DNA of 64,000 bases from Fistulifera solaris (lineage: Eukaryota): NCBI GenBank assembly GCA_030295235.1, contig AP026169.1, positions 806,001-870,000 of the forward strand, written 5' to 3'. This document shows, piece by piece, positions 21,710-33,932 of this stretch (the first letter of the stretch is position 1; every line of letters starts with the position of its first letter). Both the position numbers and the translations under genes were made by a program. Below the pieces are notes generated by a model that saw only the letters and a list, made by a program, of their open reading frames with translations, did not search any database and was not told the DNA's origin.

Positions 21710-23194
21710 ATGGCTGAAATTGGAGAAGCAGTTGAATGGTACGTGAATTGATTCGATCTTTCTAACCCTGCAGATAAAAAGATACCTTACCTTTTATCGG
21801 CTCGTTTTCTTTAGGAAAAAGTACAGCGAGTACAAGGTCAACGTCGATCCGGATCAAGATGATAAGGCGACCGAGATCAAGCTCCTTAGCTTCGCCCGTC
21901 CGCATATGCGTGCTTTCCACATGTCGTGGTTTGGTTTTTTCATGGCGTTCTTCATTTGGTTCTCTGCCGCGCCTCTCCTTTCGGAGATACGCGGTGATCT
22001 AGGACTCACCAAAAAACAAATCTGGAGCACCTCAGTGATTGCTGTAGGAGGAACCATCTTGTTTCGTTTCATCATGGGTCCTTTGTGCGACAAGTTTGGA
22101 CCCCGTCTTCCATTTGTCGGTGTGCTCATGTTTGCATCGATTCCTACAGGTCTTACCGGGCTAGCCAACAGTTTCAACTCTTTACTTATCATTCGATTGC
22201 TCATTGGTATCGCCGGGTGTACCTTTGTCATGTGTCAGTATTGGACGACGCGTATGTTCACCAAGAGTGTCGTCGGCACGGCCAACGCCACGGTCGGTGG
22301 ATGGGGAAACTTGGGTGGAGGCGTCACGCAGTTGGTGGTTGGATCCATACTGTTTCCTCTCTTCAAGGTTTTCTATGATGGCGATTCGGAAAAGCATGGC
22401 GAACTGTATTTGTTGTTCCCGCTGTTGTTGCTTTCTCGGTGGCCGTTTGCATGTTGCTATTCTCGGAGGATGCCCCCAAGGGAAACTACGGTGAAATGAA
22501 GAAGCATGGTGTCATGCCCGAAGTCTCGGCTGCTGCCTCTTTCCGTGCGGCGAGTTTCAACTTTAACACATGGATCCTGTTCCTTCAATATGCCGCCTGC
22601 TTTGGTGTCGAACTCACCATGAACAACGCGGCCGCGCTCTATTTTACGGACGAATTCGGTCAATCGACCGAGTCGGCTGCTGCGATTGCTTCGATTTTTG
22701 GCTGGATGAACTTGTTTGCGCGCGGTATGGGTGGTGTTTTCAGTGATCTTTTCAATGCCAAGATGGGAATGAAGGGTCGTATTTTGATCCACACACTGTT
22801 CTTGTTGGGAGAAGGAATTCTTGTCATGGTATTTGCCAACACCAAGACCATGTCGAGTGCGATTGTTGTCATGATATTCTTTTCTCTTTGTGTGCAAGCC
22901 GCCGAGGGTACATCGTTTGGAATTGTGCCGTACATTGACCCACCGGCAACGGGTGCGATCTCGGGATTGGTCGGTGGAGGTGGAAACTGTGGAGCTGTTG
23001 CTTTCGGCATGGCATTCCGTGAGCTGTCTTACGAGAAGGCCTTTATGATTATGGGTTTCTTCATTATTGGATCGGCGATCTTGTCGCTCTTTATCAAGAT
23101 AAAGGGATGCTCTTCATTGATTCTCGGTGGAGAAGATGTTTCCCCGTCCGCCAAGACGACTTTAGAAGTCCCCGAGCCAGAGCAGGACGCCTAA
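21710..23194 (+). CDS. NRT2: High-affinity nitrate transporter NRT2 (copy B)
   Basis: Exon 1 at 21710-21738, intron 21739-21814 in the same position as copy A. Same NNP-family signatures. A 1-nt loss in an A run near 22390. Confidence 0.95.
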
Positions 23195-23478
23195 GGACAG
23201 GCTCTAGGATCCTCATTTTGAAGGTTACTATGTGTAGAACGTTTTGATTTGTACGTGTCATTTTACCAAAGGCACAGTAACCGACGTAATTCAGTTTTTA
23301 TTACATGAATTGATACTATTTGCGTACTGCTTTACAAGTACTGCGGTTCATTTGTTTTGAATCAGGTGTCCTTATGATCCAACAATGCCTACCTGGTAGG
23401 CCAGCATCACTACAAGGTACCGGGACTTCGTTTCCTTTAACTCTATTCGACAATTTAATTACAGTTTACAATAAGATC

Positions 23479-24612
23479 TTATTGTTTGGCACAATCCACC
23501 GACAAAAAGGATCGCGTCAAACGTTTCGGTGGTCCATGACAATGCCTTCCCAGTATCGCTTCTAGCTTTTGCGTGACATTCCCGACACTCGCTGCAATTG
23601 ACCGCAACGATCCGTTCGGTCCACCCGCGGTGCAATCACTGATCCAGACACTTTCATCGGCCCGAGCGCGCAAAAAACACAACTGCGGATGTTCGAAAAT
23701 GGCATCGTCATTGTGCAACACTTCTCGTATAGCGGGGAAAATGGTATAGTTCAAAAATCGTTCTTCGTGCAAGCCCCAACCCGGATCATGTTTCGCAATG
23801 AATCGCACATGTTCTTCGATGCGAGGAAACCGTTCCGTCGCCCAAATCCGGACGGCATCGTACGGACCATAGACCATTCTATCACTGATGGGATATTTCC
23901 CGAATCCCGGTATCACGACGCGCTGTTTGTTTGCGTATTCATTCAAACGAAGCGGTGTCAGATAGACGACATCGGACCTTAAGAGTGCGACTGTATCATA
24001 GACATATCCCTGTTGTTGACTCGTTTGTTCCATAAATTTCCATACACTCTGTATGGAATGCCACATTTTGAAAATGTTGACCATCGTTTGATAATTGTAG
24101 GTCTTTGCTTTCCAAGGGAAATAGAGTGGTCGATTTGTTTGAGGGTGTTTTGTGTGATTGACTTGGTGCAACAATGTCTCGTAGAGCGGCCAAAATTGTG
24201 TTTCGGGTTCGGCTTGTATGTTACTGACCGTTACATATTTCTGCAATTGATAAATTTCATCTGGTCGTAAAGTCCCTCCTTGACCCGATCTTCCCGCAGC
24301 TTCTTGTGTTTGTTGATAGAAATGAACGTAAACATGACAATTTGGATTGTGCAACAAAATGTTTTGTCGAATTGAGGGAAGGACTAGTGAAGTAAAAGCT
24401 CGCGGTAACCCGAAGAACAGTAACGCGCACGTTGATTTAGTTGCGTTATAGTTCTCAAACAGATGAGAATCATGAAGATTATTGTTGTTCAGATGATCGG
24501 GATACAGCGAAACTCGCCATGACAAATGACATTGCAATGCGAGCAAAAGAACCGCCAAAAGTAAGAGCAAGACTTGCAAGAGAGCCATTATGGAAACTTT
24601 CGGCTTCTTCAT
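23479..24612 (-). CDS. Type II membrane protein, putative glycosyltransferase-like
   Basis: N-terminal signal-anchor. CALLFFGLPR, KMWHSIQSVW, YDTVALLRSDVVY and SDRMVYG resemble GT-A-like algal/viral hypothetical proteins. Confidence 0.65.
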   Translation of the reverse strand: MKKPKVSIMALLQVLLLLLAVLLLALQCHLSWRVSLYPDHLNNNNLHDSHLFENYNATKSTCALLFFGLPRAFTSLVLPSIRQNILLHNPNCHVYVHFYQQTQEAAGRSGQGGTLRPDEIYQLQKYVTVSNIQAEPETQFWPLYETLLHQVNHTKHPQTNRPLYFPWKAKTYNYQTMVNIFKMWHSIQSVWKFMEQTSQQQGYVYDTVALLRSDVVYLTPLRLNEYANKQRVVIPGFGKYPISDRMVYGPYDAVRIWATERFPRIEEHVRFIAKHDPGWGLHEERFLNYTIFPAIREVLHNDDAIFEHPQLCFLRARADESVWISDCTAGGPNGSLRSIAASVGNVTQKLEAILGRHCHGPPKRLTRSFLSVDCAKQ

Positions 24613-25086
24613 TGTAGCTTATTCGATTTTTTGTTGTATTGATTGTTATTGCAAGGCGACTTATTCGTCTAATGATGCTTTTATTGTCGTTCAATCCGGT
24701 CAGAGCGATTTTGTTGCGTTGGCGTTACCTGGTTTTGCGCTCTAGTTTTATGTTTTCGACGTTGATTTGAACTTATCAGTCCGGCACCCAACAACGGAAA
24801 AACGTGTCCGAGTGCGTACTCGTGGATTATTGTCAAGAGTCAAGACAACACTTTGTTCTATAGTAAATGCTGACGAATAGTTGAGGTTTTCAAAAACCCC
24901 GACTTTGAAAGCCATAGTAAGGGGAGAACGAAAAGGATCCTTAACCCTTTTCGGATTTCCCACAGCCAACGAATAATTACACGGAAAGCAGAATAGTCGT
25001 AACAAAAAATATATCGCTTGAACTCTCATTAAAGTCCTACTGCCTTCTTTCTATTCTGCCACTTTCTACCTTACTACTTCAATCAA

Positions 25087-26754
25087 ATGAGCTCCATTCG
25101 TTCGTTGCCTCATATATCTATCCGCAACGACACACGCACGACAAGTCTCGTCGAACGATCCTTCGTACGACAAAGTGCCCTCGCGACTCCCCGTGCACTC
25201 CGCACCGACGGCCGTTCCTGGAACGAAGGACGACCTCAGCGGGTCCAATTGTTGCGCAGCGACAATACGGCACACGCCACGGTACAGTGGGGCGCTGGAA
25301 CACGCGTCACTTGTTCTTGTACGGCACAAGTGATACCGCCATATCCAGATCGTCCGCAAGAAGGAATTGTTTCACTCAGTGTCGATGCTTCGACCAGTGC
25401 TTCGACGGCGTTTCGGAATGCACCGCCCGTTGCTACGACGCGTGCAGACTCAACTCCTGGCTCTAATAATAGTATGATCATGGACGAGACACAAAAAGCC
25501 TGGACGAATCGTATATTACGAGCGCTCGAACGAATTCTATTGACGGGCGGTGCTTTGGATTCGGAAGCCTTGTGTATTACACCGGATGAATGGGTGTGGA
25601 AGCTCGAACTAAATTTAGTATTGCTGGATGCAGCCGGAGGAAATTTGATGGATGCAAGTATTTATGCGGCCATGGCGGCTTTACGGCATTATCGCAAGCC
25701 CTGTTTGGAAATGACGGGCGGGACACCGATCTTGGTGGAAGCGCATATCAAAGAACCGACTCCGCTACCGTTGCATCATACACCCTTGGCCTTGTCGTTT
25801 GCTATTATAGCTGCTGAAGATGCAATCAAAGGATCGTTGACGACGACCTCGTTTTCCGCAAATACCGACAGCCCGTCGCTGCAAATGGTTGCCCTACTTG
25901 ATCCGACATTGCAGGAAGAGTTGGTCGCCGATGGAAGTCTCATTACCATTGCCATGAATGTACACGGAGAAATATGTTTGGTCGATTATGCGGGAGGGTG
26001 TGAAGTGGAACCGGTCATGTTTCGGACCGTGTGTCAAACAGCCGACCAAGTATTGCGTCTGAATCTATGTCCTGGATTGGAGCAGTCATTAGAAGAAGCC
26101 GATGTACAGGCCTTGCGTGAACGACTGCAGCGATTGCAGTTGCAGCAACAGCGTGAAGCACAGACTCATACTAAAAGTACCGAAATGGACTGGAACACAA
26201 CCGAAAGCACGACTGTGACGACGGCTACAGCCTTGGACGTGGTGTTGGATGCCGCCGTCGAACAAGCCCAAGTCCAAGCTGAAGAAGCCTATAAACGACA
26301 AGCTTTAGATTACAATAAAGGACACATGCCGACGGCTGTACGTGAAACGAGCCAGCAACAAGTAAAACAACAAGCAAATGCGCTGTTGCAGTCTCTATTG
26401 CAGTCGGTGACAGAAGAGGAGCCATCGGCGGTGCAAGGAACTGGATCTAATGAGGCAGTAAAGGACATCAATGCGATCACGGAAGACGTGCCTCTTGTTC
26501 ACAATGAACCAACAAAAGTTGTACCAGCTCCTGTGCAACAAGCTAACCAAACGAACGATACCGAGGACGACGACGAAGAAGACGAGCCGATTCTTTTACA
26601 AAGCGAATTTGATAGCATTGAAACTCCCAACAAAGATAACAAAATGATTACGGGTAGAAGCAACGAAAAGAATCAAGAGGACGATGAAGACGACGTGGAT
26701 GATTTAGTGGATGCCATACGAAAGAAGAAAAAGTCAAAGAAAGCCAAGAAATGA
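25087..26754 (+). CDS. RRP45: Exosome core subunit RRP45 (EXOSC9)
   Basis: RTDGR, PYPDRPQEG, LDSEALCI, GGNLMDAS...AALRHYRKP and PLPLHHTP, then an acidic/basic tail. Confidence 0.92.
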   Translation: MSSIRSLPHISIRNDTRTTSLVERSFVRQSALATPRALRTDGRSWNEGRPQRVQLLRSDNTAHATVQWGAGTRVTCSCTAQVIPPYPDRPQEGIVSLSVDASTSASTAFRNAPPVATTRADSTPGSNNSMIMDETQKAWTNRILRALERILLTGGALDSEALCITPDEWVWKLELNLVLLDAAGGNLMDASIYAAMAALRHYRKPCLEMTGGTPILVEAHIKEPTPLPLHHTPLALSFAIIAAEDAIKGSLTTTSFSANTDSPSLQMVALLDPTLQEELVADGSLITIAMNVHGEICLVDYAGGCEVEPVMFRTVCQTADQVLRLNLCPGLEQSLEEADVQALRERLQRLQLQQQREAQTHTKSTEMDWNTTESTTVTTATALDVVLDAAVEQAQVQAEEAYKRQALDYNKGHMPTAVRETSQQQVKQQANALLQSLLQSVTEEEPSAVQGTGSNEAVKDINAITEDVPLVHNEPTKVVPAPVQQANQTNDTEDDDEEDEPILLQSEFDSIETPNKDNKMITGRSNEKNQEDDEDDVDDLVDAIRKKKKSKKAKK

Positions 26755-27352
26755 AGATTGTTAGCCCGTAGTAGCGGAGAATTCATTCGCTCCAACGGAA
26801 TTCTAGCTTAAATGCAATTGTAAGACCATTCTACTTCCTACGTGATCTACTTGATTTGTTACGATGGATGATTGATTGGTGCATAGAGGATGGATAGCTA
26901 TATGAAAAAGGACCTCTACAAAAAAATCTCTTTAGCTACCTAGGAAGGACATTAAAACTCTGCCTCCCAGTACAAGATTCTACGTAGAGTCTACGACGAG
27001 GCAGAATTTTAACGCCGTTCCTTTAGTATTGCTATTTTTTTCAAATGGAAGATGCGCGCGCGAACATATGCTCGCCGGCGACCACAGTCCCTGTTGTACT
27101 GCCGTCGACACGGTCGCTTATAGCGCTGCTGCGGCGCGCCCTACTAAAAAATTGCCGCCACTTTTCGTCCTCGCCCCTGCGCTCTGTGCATTTCCGCGGC
27201 TTTACACCTTTGTCATTGATTTCAGGCCTTCTGATTGTCATTCTCTACTCCTCTTGCGTCATTTAATAACTTAATTGTTAGTGGCTGAGCAGTTATCGAA
27301 AGTAGCGCCGGCAACTGTTCAAGAATACCGCCTCTTCTGCGCCTTATTGAGC

Positions 27353-28999
27353 ATGTCGTCGACAAATATGAATGAGTTCGATGCTCTCGCACAATCTGAT
27401 CCGCCTATGACGTCCACACGAACCGCGAACAATCATGACAATTCTGCTACATCACAAAAACTGCAAGGATCACGTCAATTTCATTGTGGATTAAAAGCCA
27501 TAGAAGATTCTCTGTCATGTGTCGTCTGCCGTGAGATTTTCCGCAATCCCATTTCGCTTTATCCTTGTCAGCATTCCTTTTGCAGTGAATGCGTTCGCAA
27601 ATCATTGAAAGAACAACTCAAATCGCTAAAACGAACAGCGAATTGCCCGGTTTGTCGTGTACAATTGGATACAACCGGCATTGCCTTTGAAAAGTGTATT
27701 CGACCGAATCCGACGTTAGAGGATTTATCCAAGGCTTATTCGGGCATTCGCAACGAAATTTATTCGATCTTGTCGTCTTCGGCCTCACCGCCCGCGTTAA
27801 CAGCATCAGTGGCAACTGCTACGCGAGCTAGTGAGGAAGATACACCTCGTCGATCGAGTCGTCTCTCCGCCGAAAATGAAGTCGCAGACCTAGCATCAAC
27901 CTTACTTCTTCCGCAACCACCACAACCACAGCAACCACCACGGCGAATGACCAAGAAGAATCCGGTCTTGTATCATTCTCTCAAAAAGAAACAACTGCAA
28001 GAATTGTGCCGCAAGGAAGGATTGTCGATACACGGTTCCGATACCGAACTCAAACTCCGTCATCAAGCCTTTTTGGAACTGTACAATGCCGAATGCGACA
28101 GTCGAACTCCTCGGACGCATGCCGAGCTGTTGCAAGATTTGGCGCATCGCGAACAGCAGCGACGGCTGGTGGAAAGTCAAGATCGACGCAATGGTTCGCA
28201 TGCGCATAGCGCGTACGTTGAACGGTTCTTTCAACAACGCAATGGTGATGCACCGGCGTTGAAGCGCGGGGATTCAGAATTTGATCAGGAATGGAAGGAG
28301 GGATGGAAGCGATTGATCGCCCAGGGAAAGGAGCAATTAGAGCGAGAGAGAAAGAAGAAGCAAATGGCGTCTCTTGAAACGAAAGAAACGGGTGATTTAA
28401 ACGAAACCACCCAAATGAAAGAAGCCATTGATCTTGAAAATCCAGTTGATGTTGATACGAAAGCGGCCGAAAGGGAAGCGTGCAACCAACTAAAAGCATC
28501 CGAAACAGCACAGATTACCTTAAGGGATCCAGTTGCCAAGAGGAAGAAGTATGCCGATGCATGGTTGGCCGGCGTGAAGGTGAAAGCACGGCCCGCTTTT
28601 GGATATGAGAACCAAGAAAATGAACCAGAGGATAGAGCTCAAGAAGCTCCCCTTCCCGCATTCAAGCCGGTGTCATCGGTATCTCCCCGGGTGACGAAGC
28701 GCCCTTTTGAGGCCATGTGCCCATGGAGTTCAGCCACTTCCGTCTCAGACGTCTCTTCTCCTAGTTTGGGAATAACCACTCCTAAAGTCGACTTTTCCCT
28801 GAATCCGCCAAAACAGTCAAGAATTTGTGACGCACCCAGTAAGTCTCACACGGGTCAGGGTTCCATTGTCGGGCCTTGGACGTGCAAGCTATGCACTTTC
28901 CTGAACACGAATCGCACGTGGACCAAAGCCAAATGCGAAATGTGTGATTCTCCGCGTCCCAGTGTCACCGAGACACAAGAGGTCATTGCATTAAATTAA
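27353..28999 (+). CDS. RAD18: RAD18-like E3 ubiquitin ligase (RING + SAP + C-terminal RanBP2/NZF zinc finger)
   Basis: RING CVVC...CQHSFCSEC...CPVC. SAP-like YHSLKKKQLQELC...LSIHG...RH...YNAECD. C-terminal WTCKLCTFLN...CEMC. Confidence 0.82.
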   Translation: MSSTNMNEFDALAQSDPPMTSTRTANNHDNSATSQKLQGSRQFHCGLKAIEDSLSCVVCREIFRNPISLYPCQHSFCSECVRKSLKEQLKSLKRTANCPVCRVQLDTTGIAFEKCIRPNPTLEDLSKAYSGIRNEIYSILSSSASPPALTASVATATRASEEDTPRRSSRLSAENEVADLASTLLLPQPPQPQQPPRRMTKKNPVLYHSLKKKQLQELCRKEGLSIHGSDTELKLRHQAFLELYNAECDSRTPRTHAELLQDLAHREQQRRLVESQDRRNGSHAHSAYVERFFQQRNGDAPALKRGDSEFDQEWKEGWKRLIAQGKEQLERERKKKQMASLETKETGDLNETTQMKEAIDLENPVDVDTKAAEREACNQLKASETAQITLRDPVAKRKKYADAWLAGVKVKARPAFGYENQENEPEDRAQEAPLPAFKPVSSVSPRVTKRPFEAMCPWSSATSVSDVSSPSLGITTPKVDFSLNPPKQSRICDAPSKSHTGQGSIVGPWTCKLCTFLNTNRTWTKAKCEMCDSPRPSVTETQEVIALN

Positions 29000-30088
29000 A
29001 AAATATTTCGAAACGGATTATGATGCTACGAAGACGAGACCGGCAGAAGTTCGGTGGTATTATTAGCCCCGTTCTAATGGTCTCATTTGAAATATAAACA
29101 ACAACGATCTTGAATTTTTTATTCTCTTTTAATATTGTAGTCGATATGTGCTCACATTGAACGATAGATCCAACTTAGCAAGAAGCTCGTTTCTTCTCCC
29201 TATTCATTAGATACCAGTACGGCAAGTGTTGAGAACGAAACAGTTCGTTGGAATGAGTCGGTAGGCGTATTTGCGAGCAAGGAGAATTAGTTTAGTCGGC
29301 GGAATAATGTAGCCTAAGCTATAGAATATACGGAACGTAAGCATGGACGTGGCTGCAACACAGACAGCAAACTTAAGAGATATAGTTCGGGTAGTTGTGA
29401 GAAAATCATCATCGACATTGCAGATGGCAGCAACGGAAAGCCGATGGTGCCATTATGCTCCTAACTTCTTCCACATAAAAGCACGAACGAGAAGGTTCCG
29501 ACTTGCGAGTTGTTGAGCAGAGTTCTCGATCAATTCAAAGAGGCAATTGGAGATAAGGTCCAAACGTAACCTTTAGTGTCTATCAAAGCATGTTTGAGTT
29601 CTTTTGTTGAATTCATCATCCGCGATTGTTCGGGATTCGTGATCGGTTTTGACGTTCGTCATGTATTCGAGAAAACGTACTTGGGTTTCTGGCAGCTGGC
29701 CGAACATTACTCCAGTATTTAAAGGCAGTCGTCACTGATTCTTTCTGAATTCGCACGCTTCCTCAGCTGTTTCTTGTTCTTCAGGTTGCACCTGTCTTTG
29801 TTTCGGTGTAAATCTGATCGTCATTTCTGGACCTATTGGCATTTCGAGAAGGTCAATGCGAACCCTCAAGTTGTTACAAAACCTGCGTTGCTTTCTGCGG
29901 CATCTTTTGTAGCTCTTTCTCTCTGTATGCTAAATTGTACTCAGGGCTTTCCCGAAGAAGACCTTCTCTGAGACGAAAATGGTTGTTTTTACGTTTTACC
30001 CTTCCAATCTTTTGCTGCCCCGAAATTGCCTTCAAAACATCATTCATATCAAAACAACCGCATTCGTATCTACATCAGAGCTTCAAAG

Positions 30089-30978
30089 ATGAATCAGACT
30101 TTTTCACGTGACGATATGAATGAGAGAATATTACGTGAGCGTTGTTCGATCTCCTTAAACAACGTTGGAGTCAGTCTGTTGCAACGAAGATGTTATATGC
30201 AGCAGTCGAGGCACTCGAGTGCGCCGCTTCTCTCATGCCCAACAGTCTGCTGGATGCTAGCGATAAAATGTATACGAATGATCTTTTACGAAAGAACTTA
30301 CAGTATTTAACGACAGCGAAGCCCGCTCGTTGTGAAGCTTTAATCATTGAAGTTCTTTCCGTGACGCCCGATGGATATCTTACACTCGAATCAGACAACA
30401 ATTCGTGTCGTAGAACTGTGCTTGAATCCGTTTTTCTTGACGCTCCGTGTCCGTCGGTAGCTCATGCAGTTCGGTTAGAATCACACTACGTACCCAAACA
30501 AGAGGCCATTGCAACGCACAACTTGGCAATTGCTTGCTTATGTCTGGCGAAAGTGTTCCCCGTCACAAATGAGAAGCGATATGAAATGAAGAAGCTTTTG
30601 TTCGAGAAAGCAACTCAATACGCCCGTCTTTCAGCGACGGTTCTTCTAGAACATTGGCAATCTTCCGTGACTACTTCTGAATGCCCGGCATTAGAGAATG
30701 GAGAAGAGAATGAGTGTCAGGATGTGACTGAGTGGCTGAATCATAAGATCGACGGTTCACCAGCCAAAAACCATCACGGTATTCTCGATGGCATCACTGT
30801 CGGTGTTATCAATGTATTCTTGACGACTTTGCAAGAGACCTCACGCACAGAAGAAGCCAAAGAGCTTTACAATCAATTGGTGGACTTTCGCGAATCTGCC
30901 TTTGATAACAGCGAACAACAATGCCAAGCCCTATTAAAAACCATTCTTCGGTCTGGTGGCTTGGCCGCTGCCGCATAA
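30089..30978 (+). CDS. Diatom-type helical (TPR-like) protein of unknown function ending in AAAA
   Basis: SLNNVGVSLLQRRCY...AVEAL, THNLAIAC and a C-terminal GGLAAAA*. A 1-nt indel near 30200 joins two ORFs. Confidence 0.6.
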
Positions 30979-31232
30979 GAGAGAGGGGTGTCTATACTTT
31001 CCCTATCTTTATTCTTCTGCTTCATAACGATGTTGTCATAATAATTACTCCGTATTTCGAATGTTTCCGTTCATTAGACTATCATCTGTCGACATTTTGA
31101 TTTGCAACGAACCGTCATTTTCAGTGTTTGTAGTATCATTACCAAGTACCGGAGAGATAGAATGTGACATGCACAATCTTCAGGTCACGCGTACCGCGTT
31201 GGCGTCAATATCTTCGACGACTGCTCGCGACC

Positions 31233-32367
31233 ATGACGATAGACATAAAAGGATTCGCTCTATCCTAGACTATAGCGCATTTTTTTTTCGTTTCACGAAG
31301 TCTCATAGCTGTAGTAACGAAACCTGTGACGCAAAGTAGCTGCGCTTATCAAAACAAATTGAAGTTGAGAGATCGCTGTTGCAAGAATACACATCTTTCC
31401 CAAAGATGAGTGCCGCCTTAGAGGAACTCGACGCAGAAGAAGCTCTTATTCGCTGCGGAACAACGAAAGGCGAGATTGTGATGCACTTCTACCGCAAATG
31501 GAGTCTGCATGGATACGATCGAGCGGTTGCTTTGTACGAACATGGCTTTTACGATCATTCGCACTTTTTTCGAACCGTGCCGAACTTTTTTGGTGCAATT
31601 CGGCATTTCCTATACCGATGATGTCGAACTACAAAAGAAAGCGCGTACGACGATCCCCGATGATCCTCAACTTGATCCGCCGATTCCTTTTGATGTAGGA
31701 ACGATATCGTATGCTGGTACGTGTCTTGTTACACTACAGAATTTGAATCCGATGATTGATATAGATATCATGACCTAGCAACTTTCGCTCGCTACTAGGT
31801 TCTGAGATTCTTTCTAACCTTTCCTCTGCTCTTTCTGTTATCTTGCCTCCAAAAGGGAGCGGGCCGAACAGCCGAACGTCTCAACTATTCATCGCATACG
31901 CCGGCCTTCCATCTTTCGGGACACAATTATGGGAAACTCCAATTGGTGAAATCGAAGAAGGCATGGATGTCGTGGAGAAATTTTATAGTTACGGTGATAT
32001 GCCGCCTTGGGGCAAAGGTCCTGTGCAACAGAAAATTCATGGCGGTCCGTCTTATATCGAAGAGAACTTTCCTTTGACAGATAAATTTATTACGTGCCAC
32101 GTGCAGCGTTTGCAGACAGCAGATGAACGGGATGCGGAATTGACGGATCCTACGGACGATGTCACCGATGAAGTACCTCCGGAATTGTTAGAGCGGCCCG
32201 AGCAATTGCGACTCGCGGAAACCAAAAAGCCAGAGATAAAAGCACTGTCATCATCTAAAACTCCAACTATGTCGGCAGTAGCAGCGGTAGCCTTTCTGGC
32301 TATTGTCTGGTGGTGGTGGCGCTGGCTATCGGGTCGATCACAACAGAAATCCAGCAAGTCGGTTTGA
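31233..32367 (+). CDS. Cyclophilin-type peptidyl-prolyl isomerase with C-terminal TM anchor (5' end uncertain)
   Basis: TTKGEIV, FFRTVPNFLVQFG (extra T near 31590), IPDDP and GTISYAG|SGPNSRTSQLFI across intron 31717-31855. TM near the C-terminus. Confidence 0.85.
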
Positions 32368-32949
32368 TTGCCTAGAAAGAGCTTTAACTCACCCTAAAAC
32401 CTCTACCTGAAACCAACACATTCCGTTTAAGCTCTTCTAATCCTTTAGTAGCTTGAAGTGCTCCAGAATAGGAGAAGTTGTTCGTACTGCGTTGAAGGGC
32501 TCTCCTTAGCCTACTTTGCTTTGTAGGCAACCAAGACGCACGAAGTGATGCGCGTCCATCGTTCAGCGTGACACGTGCCACTCCGTCAAGTCTGGAAGTC
32601 TTCTCGCGTGGGAGTTATTCCGGGAACGTTTAGCGCTCGCAAGATTGAAGAGACAGTCCGACAAATTGTAGACGCTCGACTCTACGAATAAAAAGTCCCA
32701 CCTTTCTTTGGCGAGAGTCGTAGAGCGATAAAAGACGCAATAGCAATACTGTTTACTTTATTGTCAATAATAACCGCTCTCTGTCGACTCCGTCTAATTT
32801 CAACGTACCGCATTTTTGGCGCAAACCGCATTTTCGCATTTTCCGATCGAGAAGGATCCATCACAATCATTCCGAATCATCAACGAATTGGCATTATTGT
32901 AGTTTATCATACGAAACAACGAGAGCACAGCAACACTCAAGCAACAAAC

Positions 32950-33743
32950 ATGAAGGCAATACAAGTGGTAATATACCTGAGTTTTCTGTCGATAACCACG
33001 TCGTTTACTCCTTCGACGATCTCTTCGCGCACAACCAAGACTACTACTACGCAGCGCAAAGCATTTGATGCTTCCGCCGTGGATGCTTTCTATCAGTCAC
33101 AGCCCTATTTGGCAGCCTTTCTAACTTGTGGGGTCAAGGCAGGGTCGGCAGACTTTGTGGCTCAAAAGCAACAGGCATCGCAAGCGAAAAGGAAGAGTCA
33201 CAAGGAGAATGTGAGTTCGATGTCTCTCGCAATCTCGCGTTCCTTGTGTATGGAGGCCTTTGGCAAGGGATTTTTCAGCAATGTCTTTATCTACATTTGT
33301 ATCCGGTTTTGTTTGGAGCAAGTCCTACCTTGGAATCGATCGCCTGTCAAGTGGCATTCGACGTTCTCATTACGGGGCCCATCTTGTGCATTCCGGTATC
33401 CTACTCGGTAAAGAGTATGTTTGCGTCGGGTGAAGTCTCTCTTGAAGCCGTAGAACGAGGTCTTCAGCATTACTGGCGTGATATTACCACCAAGGGATTG
33501 ATGAAGACCTATGGCTCGATTTGGGTGCCTGCACAATGCCTGACATTTGGTGTGGTTCCGCCGCATTTGCGAGTTGTGTTTGTGGCGGCCGTGTCTTTCT
33601 TCTGGGTGACTCGCCTCTCCGCGATCTCTTCGTCCCTGCCTTTATCATCAACAACAGCGGCGTCGGCATCAATGCCTCCGTTTACTTTATTGCGTCTTTG
33701 CGGGGATGCACAGCCGGAATCACGGGCCTATCAGCAATTATAG
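32950..33743 (+). CDS. Mpv17/PMP22 family membrane protein with bipartite presequence
   Basis: Signal plus TS-FTP. AAFLTCGVKAGSADFVAQ, RNLAFLVYGG and IWVPAQCLTFGVVPPHLRVVF. A 1-nt loss in an A run near 33190. Confidence 0.88.
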
Positions 33744-33932
33744 AAGAGAATGGGCAACCTAAGAAAGAACAACAGCATCCACACAAAGCCACCTCCTGGT
33801 AGACCATCATACATAGATCTCCTGATAGACCATCATATATTGATCTAATAAATGCATAAAGTAAACAGACAGTTCAAATTCAGTTTAAAAATTATGTAGA
33901 TTATGAGAATTAGAGGATAAGACACAAATAGT

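Noticed and set aside
29000..30080. 1-kb intergenic stretch with scattered TTCnnGAA
   Set aside because: No supported ORF, RNA gene or convincing array of heat-shock elements.
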